Positions 50,301 through 61,005 of a stretch of 64,000 bases of DNA are shown here, piece after piece. A program made the position numbers and the translations under genes. The notes beneath the pieces are model-generated. The model did no database searches. It had not been told where the DNA came from and was given only the letters and a program-made list of their open reading frames with translations. The stretch spans positions 11,970,480-12,034,479 of the forward strand of contig OZ037771.1 in NCBI GenBank assembly GCA_964035545.1, read 5' to 3'. The stretch is from Bugula neritina. Lineage: Eukaryota; Animalia; Bryozoa. Every line of letters begins with the position of its first letter. Positions within the stretch are counted from its first letter, which is position 1.

Positions 50301-53193
50301 GAACCAGAATACGAAGTGGTTGTGCCGCGGGGAGAGGACTTGGTGAGGCAGGAGACGCCACTCCCACCAACGGAAGTGCGCCCACCGCCCCCAGTACCAA
50401 GTCTACCCCCACACCTTCCGGTTCCGCATCCGCGTTCGAAAGTGCAAAACCCCCCCGTGGGAGGGGCTCCATCTGGAGACAACAGCGGAGAGGGAAACAC
50501 CACCACCAACGGCGGGCCAGAAACACCACAGGTGGAGCAAAATAGCCCACCAGTGAGTACGCCGCCCCAACCAACAGCTACAACCCCCTCTCCAGCTGAT
50601 ACGTCACCTCCCCTGGAACGGGAACAGCGTACTAGACAACCCCCAGCATACCTTAAAGACTTCATATGTGACCGTGTTACAAACGGCAGTTATGAAAGTC
50701 TAGCTGGGCGCCGTACGGAAGGACTGGCAACAAAGCGTGGGAGTTGTGAACACCACGGAAATCTCAACTTTTGCGAAGGCGGAGTAGTAAACAAAACTAC
50801 TACGCCCGGGGCAAATAGTTCCAGCCGTGCGCAACAACCACGCTGCCCAGTCTTTTCGTACGCTGACGTTGTCAAGGGCAGACGCATTCAAACTCAATCC
50901 ACGGACATGCAAGCTTGAACGCTGAGTATGATTACAAATACCGGGTTCTCAGGTAAGCTTGCTCTGAGCTAACATTTCCACTCATGGAAACCAGTCTACC
51001 ATCAGTCAGTTCTGATTTAATCGCCTTGATTGAATCACAACTACTGGGGACTGAGTTCTACGTGAAAGGCGACGAGAACATAAAGATGGCCGACGATCTA
51101 CTAGATCTGGAGTTTGACACCATGTCTCTCTGTCAGTCTACACGACACGACTCAGTCCCTCGAGTGCTATCTGAAAAGATGTATGACTCCCAGACTAGTA
51201 ACAGTCGGTTGTCATCAGAATTATGGTGTAAAGATCACATTCGATCTAACAGTAATTCTGCTCTTTTAGATACCGCTCTCTCTCCTCTCTCTGGTGACAT
51301 GCCGTCACTAGAAATGGCTTGGAACGAGGAACCCGTTCCCACTACTCTTCCGGAGGCACTCTTACAGCAGTCATGCTGGGTTACACCAGATACAGAAACA
51401 CTGATACGAGAGCACAAAGGAGACGACCAATGCACCACCTGCCGTTTATGCCAGCTTCACTTCACTACTCCACGAAGACTTCGAGTTCACATTCCCCAAC
51501 ATTATTTCACCACCTTTTGTCCCTGTGGTGAATATAGTTACCACAGGGACTACATCCTCCATCACCAGCGAACTATGGGATGCCATGTTGGACACCTTTT
51601 CGAAGTCGACGAACCCTCCTTTCCACAATTCCTTAATCTCATCCGACCATTCATATCAGACCCAGCTCGCTATGAACGGCTGCGTCAGGAATTCCCCGCA
51701 CCCAGGACCATCACAAAAGGACTCTGCCCTAAACCACCCGAATACAGGAAACCACACGTACCCCGTCCCTCACCCCCCGCACGCACAGTGCCCCGCCCCG
51801 ACTCTATACCCAGAGTCATGTTACGACGCATCGATATACCACAGCGATGGCGTCCCTCTCCCCCCGTCTCCCCAAGGCCTTCTCGTAAACGGCGTTGGCC
51901 ATCTTCGTCCCCCAACCGACACTCTGCCCCTGCCCGGAATCTAGGCGAGGCAGAAGAGCGGATACGAGAATTAGAGAAGAAGGTGCAAAGACTGACACCG
52001 AGAATCTCCGCCGCCGCATCAGAACTCCGGGCCCTCTCTGCCTCTGTAGCCCGAATGAAAGGAAGCGCTTGAAGACGATATCCCCCAAACTCCCTACCCG
52101 TGATGGTACTGCAGGTGGTGCTCCATCCCGAACCCTTCTCACGCCGGTGCTCACAAACAATTACTCAGTGTGACAATATTATAGTAACCTACCAGTATAC
52201 AGCTCTACCTCTATAGACTATCCTCTTACAAGTGCCTCCCGCCGGTGTCATTGTGTATTTACTGTTATATATTTTTTTATATGTGTATGTTTTTCTTATT
52301 ACTGTACATAACCATGTTCTTTCTTTTATGTGCCACACGCTCTCAGTTTTTTTAGTTTTATAACGTTTTATGTCTGAATTAATTGTATCTGTGTTATCAG
52401 AAAGTAGGGCTTTCTGCTGGGGGGGACGGTGTAGTGAGGACGTAATACGCGCGTCCCCCAAACCCCTTCAGCCTATCAGAGTGCGTCAAGTGATAACCCT
52501 CAGCGAGTAGTAGTTTATCAGTAGAGAGAGCGTACTAACTAAGCGAAGATGTAATTTCTAATCTGTGTACGTGTTGTATCTTTCTATATAATTAGTAGCG
52601 AATAAACTTTGTAAACTCTTACTTAAATACTTTATTGATGTGGATAAATAGACTATAATTACAAGCTAGGAACCCACGCATAGTAATTGCACAAATTACT
52701 ACAATAGTTTTACTTCAAGTTAGTAATAATTGGTAGAACTAGATAAAAAATAACCAATAGGTATTACTATAACTATTAGTATTAGACTTAATATCACTAA
52801 TAATATTTTCATTACTATTACTATTACATTTACTATTAGTACTACTTTAGAGTTCAGTAACAACACAATTAATTTATATTAATTATTTAATGACATTATG
52901 ATTACTTGGTAATAAAATAAATAACAAGTTAAAAATCAAATAAATACAATAATGAATAATGTTATTAGTGTTATAATTCATAATTGAGAATCATAATAAA
53001 AAATTATAATCCTAGTGATATCAAATAAACAATCACTGATCAGTGATCAGTCTGAGTCTCACAACCAGAATCACGATCACAACGACAATCGCTCAATGAC
53101 AATGAGTATCAGTATGACGATGGTTGCTCGTAGCTTACCAAATAATATTACTAGGAAATCAACAAAAATCTGACGTGTTCTTTTTCTAGCCAT
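41398..53193 (-). CDS. PAP2-family phospholipid phosphatase (PLPP/wunen-like); exons 53193-53139, 44237-44083, 43973-43820, 43308-43094, 42773-42594, 41514-41398 (about 291 aa)
   Basis: GT-AG introns with compatible phases, 876 nt. [14 protein letters not shown]1 [10 protein letters not shown]2 SFPSAH, C3 [12 protein letters not shown] and multiple hydrophobic helices. Confidence 0.92.
41925..42610. repeat. 30-bp minisatellite (about 23 units) spanning an exon end and splice donor
   Basis: Minus-strand unit TGTAGCTCTCTTGTGT|GTGAGTACA(G/T)ATAC. Confidence 0.97.
45388..45405 (+). other. Primer binding site complementary to tRNA-Leu 3' end
   Basis: TGGTGGCAGCGGTGGGAT, identical to the PBS at 39910-39927. 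Confidence 0.9.
45448..46272 (+). CDS. gag: Gypsy Gag-like protein
   Basis: 274-aa ORF after the PBS, homologous to 39029-39895. Confidence 0.85.
   Translation: MDESVTSMEEGERNIIIGPLGAGEEVYRNTLEVPVFTGLEDVEQFVQEFREVAAITRWPPRVTFTKLRMALTEEAKPYGWKPSVNGIIATLRARFGMPVAVAKSRLRGLLRKTCTPLPDHATLVQRLARTAYSDLPETHRRHYTFEAFVQSLNYLDFHHQLQAKGVTTIEAAIQENKAYAGAERLYKMEEATPQTSREPDHPVRIAAATIKPPIEMEISRLMTKLGQLVATITYNHSRKSKKTAAKPPRPMMRRWESGNQGHRRPSGPRFQRQQ
46273..50918 (+). pseudogene. pol: Gypsy pol (protease, RT, RNase H, integrase) with one frameshift (about 48190) and one stop (48975)
   Basis: FLLDSGC, YLDD, ILDTDAS, HKQAH...CEIC zinc-binding motif, DDE core and GPY motif across ORFs 46471-48201, 48180-48977 and 48993-50918. 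Confidence 0.95.
50984..52072 (+). CDS. Retrotransposon ORF3: acidic N-terminus, two zinc-finger-like motifs, PxVxL motif, basic cluster, C-terminal coiled coil (362 aa)
   Basis: Intact ORF between pol and PPT with CRLC-x12-H-x3-H, CPC-x12-H-x5-[14 protein letters not shown] and [15 protein letters not shown]...[12 protein letters not shown]. Homologues at three other loci. Confidence 0.88.
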   Translation: METSLPSVSSDLIALIESQLLGTEFYVKGDENIKMADDLLDLEFDTMSLCQSTRHDSVPRVLSEKMYDSQTSNSRLSSELWCKDHIRSNSNSALLDTALSPLSGDMPSLEMAWNEEPVPTTLPEALLQQSCWVTPDTETLIREHKGDDQCTTCRLCQLHFTTPRRLRVHIPQHYFTTFCPCGEYSYHRDYILHHQRTMGCHVGHLFEVDEPSFPQFLNLIRPFISDPARYERLRQEFPAPRTITKGLCPKPPEYRKPHVPRPSPPARTVPRPDSIPRVMLRRIDIPQRWRPSPPVSPRPSRKRRWPSSSPNRHSAPARNLGEAEERIRELEKKVQRLTPRISAAASELRALSASVARMKGSA

Positions 53194-53631
53194 CAACTTC
53201 AAGATCACTAAAATGACAATAATTATTATTAAATTCAATGGTTTAAGAAAAACTTTGCATACGCTTATTAGTTATTGGTGTTCATCGTGAACCCAAACTC
53301 AGCTTGTTGAATTATTACTGTTTATTTAGCCTGCGATTGCTTTATCTCTTTTCGTTTGAGGAAAACATCAGCGTTTCTTCGGCTAAACACACCGAGTTTA
53401 TTAATTCTACAACAAATGCAAGCAGCTAAAATTCGAGTCCCTTTTCTACTCAAACTAATCTGCTATTCACCGGCTTTCCATGTACCGATCTTAGAGCGCT
53501 CTTAGCAAGATCGATCTATGGAAAGACGTCAAAGATCGATCTCACCCCTCATTCACACTTACCGTAACGTACGTCGTAACAGCAAAAATAAAATGGCGAC
53601 GCTGTTGCATTTTGTCAACGGGTGTTCACAC

Positions 53632-56329
53632 CATTGAACTATAATCCCCTGGAATGGCCAATGTAAATTTTAAATGTCCAAATATTTCAGCCATATTGAA
53701 GAATTCTTATTTTTGGACACCGCCTACTTTCTAATGTAAAAGTAATGGAAATTACTATACTTTGCAGTATTTATAAAACCTTTGGCATCACACCACACAA
53801 GTGAATAATTCCAAAATCTACTCTATTTTTATCTGCTGGTAATAAGGGTTGGCTATAACATAAAGAAATAAAGCTGGTAGTTATAAAAATATTCTTTTTT
53901 GAAACAACAAAAGCAAGTTGATATCAAGTAAAAACCTAGTATATAATATAACATCTACTTAAATTTAGCTGCTGGTAATAATTGTTGGCTATAAAATGGA
54001 GAAATGAGGCTAATTGTTATAAAAATATTTTACTTTGAAACAACAAAAGCAAGTAGATATCAATTAAAAACCTGATATATAATATAAGTAATATAAATAA
54101 AAACTAGAAATAAAAAGTCTATTGACTCTTAAAAAGAACATTTTCATTATTTCTCTGTTGACAGCTCACTTTATGTAAAACAAGTTTTTTATTTTAGACA
54201 AATTGTGTTAAAAAAATCTTAATATATTTCAACAATGAGGTTGAGTAACATAGAGTGGTGGTTCTCAATGTCAGTAGAAGTTGACTTGACAATTATTTAA
54301 ACTTAATTAATTATGGCTGTTAAAACTGTGTGAACTGGTAGATCTTCATTGCTGGAATTTTTACTCACATTCGTATTCTGTGGTGTAACTGGTTTCTAAA
54401 AAGAATTTTAAAAGTAACTTGCATAACAAATATAATTTTTGGACAACTTTGAAAGAATGCTAATTTTACACTATAGTTCAGAACTTAATAAAAGTCTAGA
54501 TAGAATAGAAACCAACTCTGCTAATGAGACAGCTCCTTCATGCAACCTTCCAGTTTGGCCAGTGGTTTCAATATGCTGAGGATAAAAATGTTCACTGCAC
54601 AGTTTTGCAGTTTCTGATAGTTCTTCTTAGCCCCTGGACACTTGCCACCATTCCTTACACATGCTGAAATCTTTTATTTTCATTTTGTTAGAGAATCTAA
54701 AATAAAAATATATGAATACTTAAAGCTAAAGCTAAGTAAATTTAGTATACAAACTATTAATTTTTGCTGCATATTATAATGTTTTTATAAAAAAGCTTTT
54801 GCTAAATCCTAATACTAGCCAACTTCTAGTACAATTTTGTGTAAGATCTACTTTGCCTTGGATCATTTATTTGTCAACAAAACTTAAGCCTTTGGCTATA
54901 TTTTATTATATACTTATATAGCGTTAGTGTTACAATTAGACTCTAATTCAAGTTGTAGTTCAATTTTATAGCTAAATCATCAAATTGAAATGACTAAAAG
55001 TATATGGGTAATGGCTATAAAAAGTTAGTCAATTTGAATTACAATAAATTAAGATTTAGATCATCATTATGACTCAAACTAAAAGTATAGTCATTGCCAT
55101 ATATTTATAAATCATCTTTACCATAATAATTGATACGGATACAATTACTAATAACTATTAGTATTAGTGTAAGTATTACTATTAGTGATAATATTAGTAG
55201 AAGTATTAGTATTACTCAAACTAACCTCAACCTGTGAAATGAAGTGTTTCTCTCTTTGTAGGTACATCAAGTATCCTTTAGCCCCGCCTACTTTCGCAAA
55301 ATCGAGTGGCATCGATAGCCCGAGTAAAATCTGGGGAGCATTCAGCGTAGAAAACCTGTTAAGACCTCTTCTTGCTTTGCTTATAACTTTTAGTGTAGTT
55401 TATGCAGAGAAAATTTGGAGACATCATTGTGTAGCAGAGCCTTATATTAAACTGATTTTATAATCACGAACCCCTTCAAATCCTCTGCTCCTTGTGGTAA
55501 GGAGTGTTAAAATATAGTAAAAATCCATGTTTTTCAATCGATAATTTAAGTTATAATTTGTGACAGATATGTAAAATGAATATATTGTAAAACCATCTCT
55601 AAAGGTTTTCCATCAATTGAAGTATTAATATGATGATATTATGCTTTAGCTATTTAGTTATAATGATTTAAGTCGAAGGCTATGCTCGAGACTTGTAGAT
55701 TTTTGAGATAGCCATTACGCTATTGTTGCTAAACGCATGAAAATAAGTGGGTTCGCTAAAGCATTCATGGCGTGAAGATTTAATTGCTCGGGTAACTGGT
55801 TGAACGTCATACATTTACAAGCTAATATCTGCACTTGTAGTTGATCTTGCCTGTTGAAAGTGCATTGAAGTTTACTCAAATTTTCTTGTCTACCGATCTA
55901 ACCTAAAATTAAACTGTAAAGCGTTACTTGAAAATTATCATTTGATGTACCTATCTCTTTGCTATCAACGCGATGAATTTGAGTAATTGAAGCAATTATA
56001 AGCAAAGCACTGTAATCCTGATGTTCTTTGGCTTTTGAAACTGCGTGATAAGTGTGTTCAGAAGTATCCATTGTTAGTAATGCTTACTATTAGTGACAAA
56101 CCACGACATTTGAAAATTTAACAATGGCGGCAAACTGGCTAAAATTAAAATACTTTTCGAAAAGAGGCTCCAGTTGACGTGAAAAAATGAACAGGTCACG
56201 TGATAAACTGCCCGAAAATCTTACTTCAAAGTGAAACTAACAATCCACCAATATGGCTGCTCTTTGGACGCGGGGTTACATTATAAAGCTACCGGATGTC
56301 CTTTCCAGGGTTATAGTTTCAGTTCAGTG
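53632..56329 (-). mobile_element. Non-autonomous P-element-like/THAP-bearing DNA transposon
   Basis: 8-bp TSD GTTCACAC on both sides, imperfect TIRs CATTGAACT.../...AGTTCAGTG, and a THAP remnant TSFHR|F...KEW...KLCSEHF...RLHEGAV (about 55260-55233 and 54697-54525). Confidence 0.75.
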
Positions 56330-57531
56330 GTTCACACATTGCCGTAAAAGTACAATGCATGACGTTGAGCTGTGACCAATCATAATAAAGGCAACTCTTG
56401 TCTGCGGTGATTTGAACGCCTTTGAATATTATTTACAAATTATTCGCAACATTCTTATCAAAAGATGTTATATAAATGCTATTTACTAAATAAACGCAAT
56501 CACATGAAAAGAATCTTTTTTTTAAATATATTCGTTTTTAAAATAATTGTGCAAACTAATTTAAATAATGAATATTTAAGCCGTCCAAATCATTTTTAAG
56601 TTTTTGGTTTGCTTGATTTTGTGATTAGGGAAAGCTAGATTTCTAACCCCTCATTCACACTTACCGTACCGTACGCCGTAACAGCAAATTTTAGCGATTT
56701 TTGTTACATCCGGGATAAATCGTACTCCGGTATACGTTGCGGCGCTGATCAAGCAGTGCTTGATTCAAAAAATCACGGCGGGCTCCTATTGGGTAGAGTT
56801 GATCTGGTACTAAAATTTAAAGAACATTTTCGGGGTCAGTCGATCTGAGCTGGTCCGTCTGTAGAGCTCGAACTCAGATCGCTCTCATGTCAATAAGACC
56901 ATAGAAAGACGCCAGATCGATCTGAGAAGTAGAAAAAGTCTGCGCGCTACAATGACGTTGTCTGCTAATAAAAATGATAACTTATTGATAATTACTAAGC
57001 AAAGCATTAAATAATTATGATTGCCACCTTTTCAGATGCTAAAACTTTGACTTTCAGTACAATGATTAAGAAAACTCAATCTCAATTATATGCAGTAAAA
57101 GGTAAAAAAATGGGAGGATTTAAATTGAATTTAAATGACTATCAAAACTTAGTTTCATTAGCTATTTTCTTTATAATTTTAAGCCTAACAATCCTGTAAT
57201 TTTATTAATAATCTGCAAGACAGCTATTAATTTTACATAAGCTGTCAAGCTAAAAAATTAAAATTAATTATTTTGAATTGGCCAAATTACCATACACTGA
57301 AAGCTTTGCTGCGTATAGTTTATAGCTGGGACTAAATTTCAGACTACGACCATCTTGTTTTCAACAGTAGTAGTTTCAATCACTAAAATAGGTGAACAAA
57401 TTATACTTTTAAAGTATCCTTCACTTAAGAGGAGGCAACTTCGCGAGATCGATCTGACGCTCTTATGGAAAAACGATCGATCTGAGCACATTTCTCGGAT
57501 CGGTACATGAATATCCCGTGAAGACTGTTTA

Positions 57532-57630
57532 CAGTCACCCTCAATTTGGTGCTGGTCATAGCGATGTTTCTGACATTAGCCAAAAGGTTAAAGTTCATCG
57601 CTATGACCAGCACCAAATTGAAGGTGGCTG
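57532..57630. mobile_element. Tc1/mariner-pogo-type MITE
   Basis: About 35-bp TIRs CAGTCACCCTCAATTTGGTGCTGGTCATAGCGATG flanked by TA on both sides. Confidence 0.75.
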
Positions 57631-58732
57631 TAATCAGTCTTTGTTGTCCAAACTTTAAACGTTCGAGAACGCACCCATTATTGCACTCAGCGACCACCGA
57701 TTTGGTGCTCCTTCAAGCGATTTTCTTTCACAAAGGGTAAATTGTTATTATAATTATTACTATCACGGCAAGTTAATAAGTTGGTGGAGACAACTTCCTT
57801 CAATTTATCATTACATATAAATTTTGGAAATCGGTACGCATCTTATTTATTACCATAAAATTTATTTTACTACCTTAAAATAGTATGATCATAAATCAGA
57901 ACTGTAGCAATTTGCATCATTCCATGCATCTGTTGAAAGCTCTATATTAAACCAAATAGAAAAAGAGTCAGCATATGTGCTACTGAATTATTATTATATT
58001 TATTATAAACTATTCTTGGTTATTTCACTCGCCTAACAAAGAGTGATTTGTTAGGTGTGACTGATGGTGTTTTGATAGAAGTGAAACAGGTAAAAGCCAA
58101 GCTATTTACAAGATTTTCTGGAGATGTGTTTGGAGACATTTTCACTACTCTATACCATGTGTTGCTGTGAGAGAAGTTCAAGATAAAGTTTTAATTGATA
58201 AGTTTCTAGTATTTAACCACAACCACCAAATAATGTTGTAATTTAGCGCAATGTGACTAAATAACTAAGTGTGAATTTTTTGGAACTAATGCTAGAATAT
58301 AACTCTTTGTTATTGAGTGACAGAAAATTGTGAATCGTTCCTCTGACAATAAATTGTATTTACAGTCCTTTACAATAACAAGATATAAACATAAGACAGT
58401 AATAAACAACAGAACTTTGCACATGGGCAATGCTTCTACCCGACTGTGTCAGTCAACAGAAAACACCTCTCTTATATAGCAATGCTTTGTTCCTATTGGT
58501 CCGTGCCACTTTCTGCAGCAGGATAGCTATTCCGTTGCAGAGAGAGATGCGAAATCCTTTGTGTAGTTTGTCAGTGCGCACGTGTGTTTATCATGTGTCT
58601 GAGTATAAAAAAAAATATAGATTAATGCAGTTTCAATATGTGTTTATGTTACAAGAAAAAATATATTATGGTGCATGATCTATTTTTAGGTGTTAACACT
58701 CTTGTTCAACGCTTATGGCATGATATCACAGT

Positions 58733-58800
<68 letters not shown>

Positions 58801-58802
<2 letters not shown>

Positions 58803-59220
58803 GTCATTTTACTTAATTTAGTACACACTGGATATCTTCAGTTTTTGGCTATTTTACACAATTTAGCTGGTAATGAACATGGTTTTTTGGCCACAACTAG
58901 TAAAACACCAATAAATACACCTAAATAATCAAAGTTCTTTTTAATTTTGCTTCATTTCCCATGTTTTTCCCTAATTATTCAGCTAGTTTTGGTTACGGAC
59001 CGTTACGTTTTTTCGTAACGGTCGCACATATAGAATATTAAGTGCATATGACAATGACCTGTGCTTTAATGTTGGGGAATCCCCTCCCAGCCTTTGCTGT
59101 TATGCGTAGTTAAAACCAGCACATAAAAATACCATGTATAGTGAATTTCAATTGATTTTGAGCAAACTTTAATGTTAGGTGATAAGTTGCTGGTGTGTAC
59201 TAAATGAAGTAAACTGACTC
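58801..59220. mobile_element. 420-bp TIR element inserted in (TA)n
   Basis: Left GGGTCATTTTACTTAATTTAGTACACAC versus right reverse complement GAGTCAGTTTACTTCATTTAGTACACAC. Confidence 0.75.
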
Positions 59221-59243
59221 ATATATATATATATATATATATA

Positions 59244-59331
<88 letters not shown>

Positions 59332-59352
59332 TATACATATATATACATATAT

Positions 59353-60861
59353 GTAGTTTCTATAATTAAAAATGAATCAAAAGAACTCAATATTTCGAAA
59401 AATAGAGTATTTATATTTGGTACTAATACAATTTTGGATAGAAAAATAAACTTAGATCTTCATTCTATTGACTACAATATTGTTTCACGTAGTGTGAGCT
59501 ACGATCATCAGGTCGTTGTGTGTACGCTTGAGTGATTTTGTTTTGAAATTAGTATTGTTAGTGTATTACTACGCTGAAATGTTTTACCTAGCGTCTGTTA
59601 AGTGCGCAAGTAAAAATTTGCGTTTATGTCTACACGTGGTGGAAAGCTCTTTTCGTTTGTTGAGGGAAGATAATTCCGGTTGTTTTAAAATTATATACTT
59701 CTCATAGTTGCATAAATTACATCTATTGGTTAGGTTTGAGTATGATTTGCAAATCTTTAAAATATTCCATTTTAAGCTGAATTTCGTTTTGTTGTCTTTT
59801 AAATTCCAGATGTGTCTGCTGAGTTGCGTGCTGTTAGCTTTATCTGCATGTAGGAAAGAGGCTTTGTGGTTATTGAATCTGGTTTTGAAGGTAGTCGAAC
59901 AGAGTCCTATGTATGAATGGCTGGAATTATTGTCATGTCTTGTTACAGTTGCTTGGTATATTACGTCTTTGTATAAGCATTTACCATTTAGTGGACAGTG
60001 GGAAGGTTGTTTGCAGTTACATTGTGTGTCATTTAGTTTAGTAGCGGTAGTAGGGGTGTGTGCGGTTTTAAGTTTGTGATGGTTCGAGCCATCAATAATA
60101 TTTTTCATGTTGGGCATGCATGAATAGCTAATTTTTATAGTTTTCCTATTGAAAATTTTACTTAGTTGGTTGGATGGTGGAAAGCATTTGTCGATGATTT
60201 GAAGAAATTTCTTCCCTATTTTGGTTTTTACTGTTGAACTAAAAGGTGGGTTGTACCACAATATGTTTCTATTTCTATTTCTATTATTGTTGCTGGATTT
60301 AGGTGTCGGGTTATATTTTAATTTATAGTCATATCCACTGTTTGATAGTGCTTCTTGGTATGGTTGTATGGTGGTTTTAAACTCTTCTTCATTGGAGGAT
60401 AGTGAGCTAAGTCTTCTATTTATATTTTCTGGTATGTTTTTCAATATTGCAGGTGGGTGGTCGCTTTGTTTGTGAACGTAGAGGATAGTGTTTCCAGGTT
60501 TTGTATAGGGTTTATAGGATTGGTTAGTCAAGTTGAATGTTACATCTAGAAAGTTTACAACTTTCTTTTTGGCTTCTATTGTGATTGAGAGATTAAATTT
60601 TCTAAAAAAGTTGCAAATTTGTTTTTTGTTCTGTTCTATGTGTCTAGGTGTTCCTTCGCAAACTATGAGTCCATCATCTCTATACAGGCCTAAATTACAT
60701 TCTATATTCATTTCAGTAGTTAATAGATTAAGCAAATATATTCCAATTAGTTGGCAGGTTTCGGCGCCGTCATAACTTCCCATAGTGACATCAAAATTAC
60801 TGTCGTGTTTTTGTGTCCATTGCTCACCATTGGAGATAAGAATGGACTTTTTAGAGTGTAA

Positions 60862-60867
<6 letters not shown>
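59353..60867 (-). mobile_element. 5'-truncated Penelope-like element (RT core plus GIY-YIG endonuclease) between two (TA)n tracts
   Basis: Open frame 60867-59584 with FDVTMGSYDGAE, LYRDDGL, VNFLDV, WYNPPF, VIYQATV...YIGL and CNLCNYEK. Confidence 0.95.
59470..59514 (-). ncRNA. Hammerhead ribozyme in Penelope-like 3' tail
   Basis: gac-CTGATGA-t-cgtag-ctcaca-ctacg-t-GAA-ACAATATTGT-A-gtc: core, stem II, palindromic stem III, GUA triplet, 3-bp stem I. Confidence 0.8.
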
Positions 60868-60951
<84 letters not shown>

Positions 60952-61005
60952 ATATATATTTACATATATGTCTAATAGTTCATTTACATTCATAGGCCCC
61001 ACAAA

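Larger units (their letters stand above)
45113..52703 (+). mobile_element. Near-full-length Ty3/Gypsy LTR retrotransposon with intact ORF3, antisense in intron 1 of the PAP2 gene
   Basis: 274-bp LTRs at 45113-45386 and 52430-52703 (about 4 differences by eye), TSD ATGG/ATAG, Leu PBS, G-rich PPT before 52430. Confidence 0.97.

Noticed and set aside
50984-52072. ORF3 as a retroviral env
   Set aside because: No signal peptide, fusion peptide or TM anchor; zinc-finger and basic motifs instead.
53509-57485. Recurring GATCGATCT and CCCCTCATTCACACTTACCGTA motifs
   Set aside because: Probably fragments of DNA-transposon ends, but boundaries and TSDs could not be defined.
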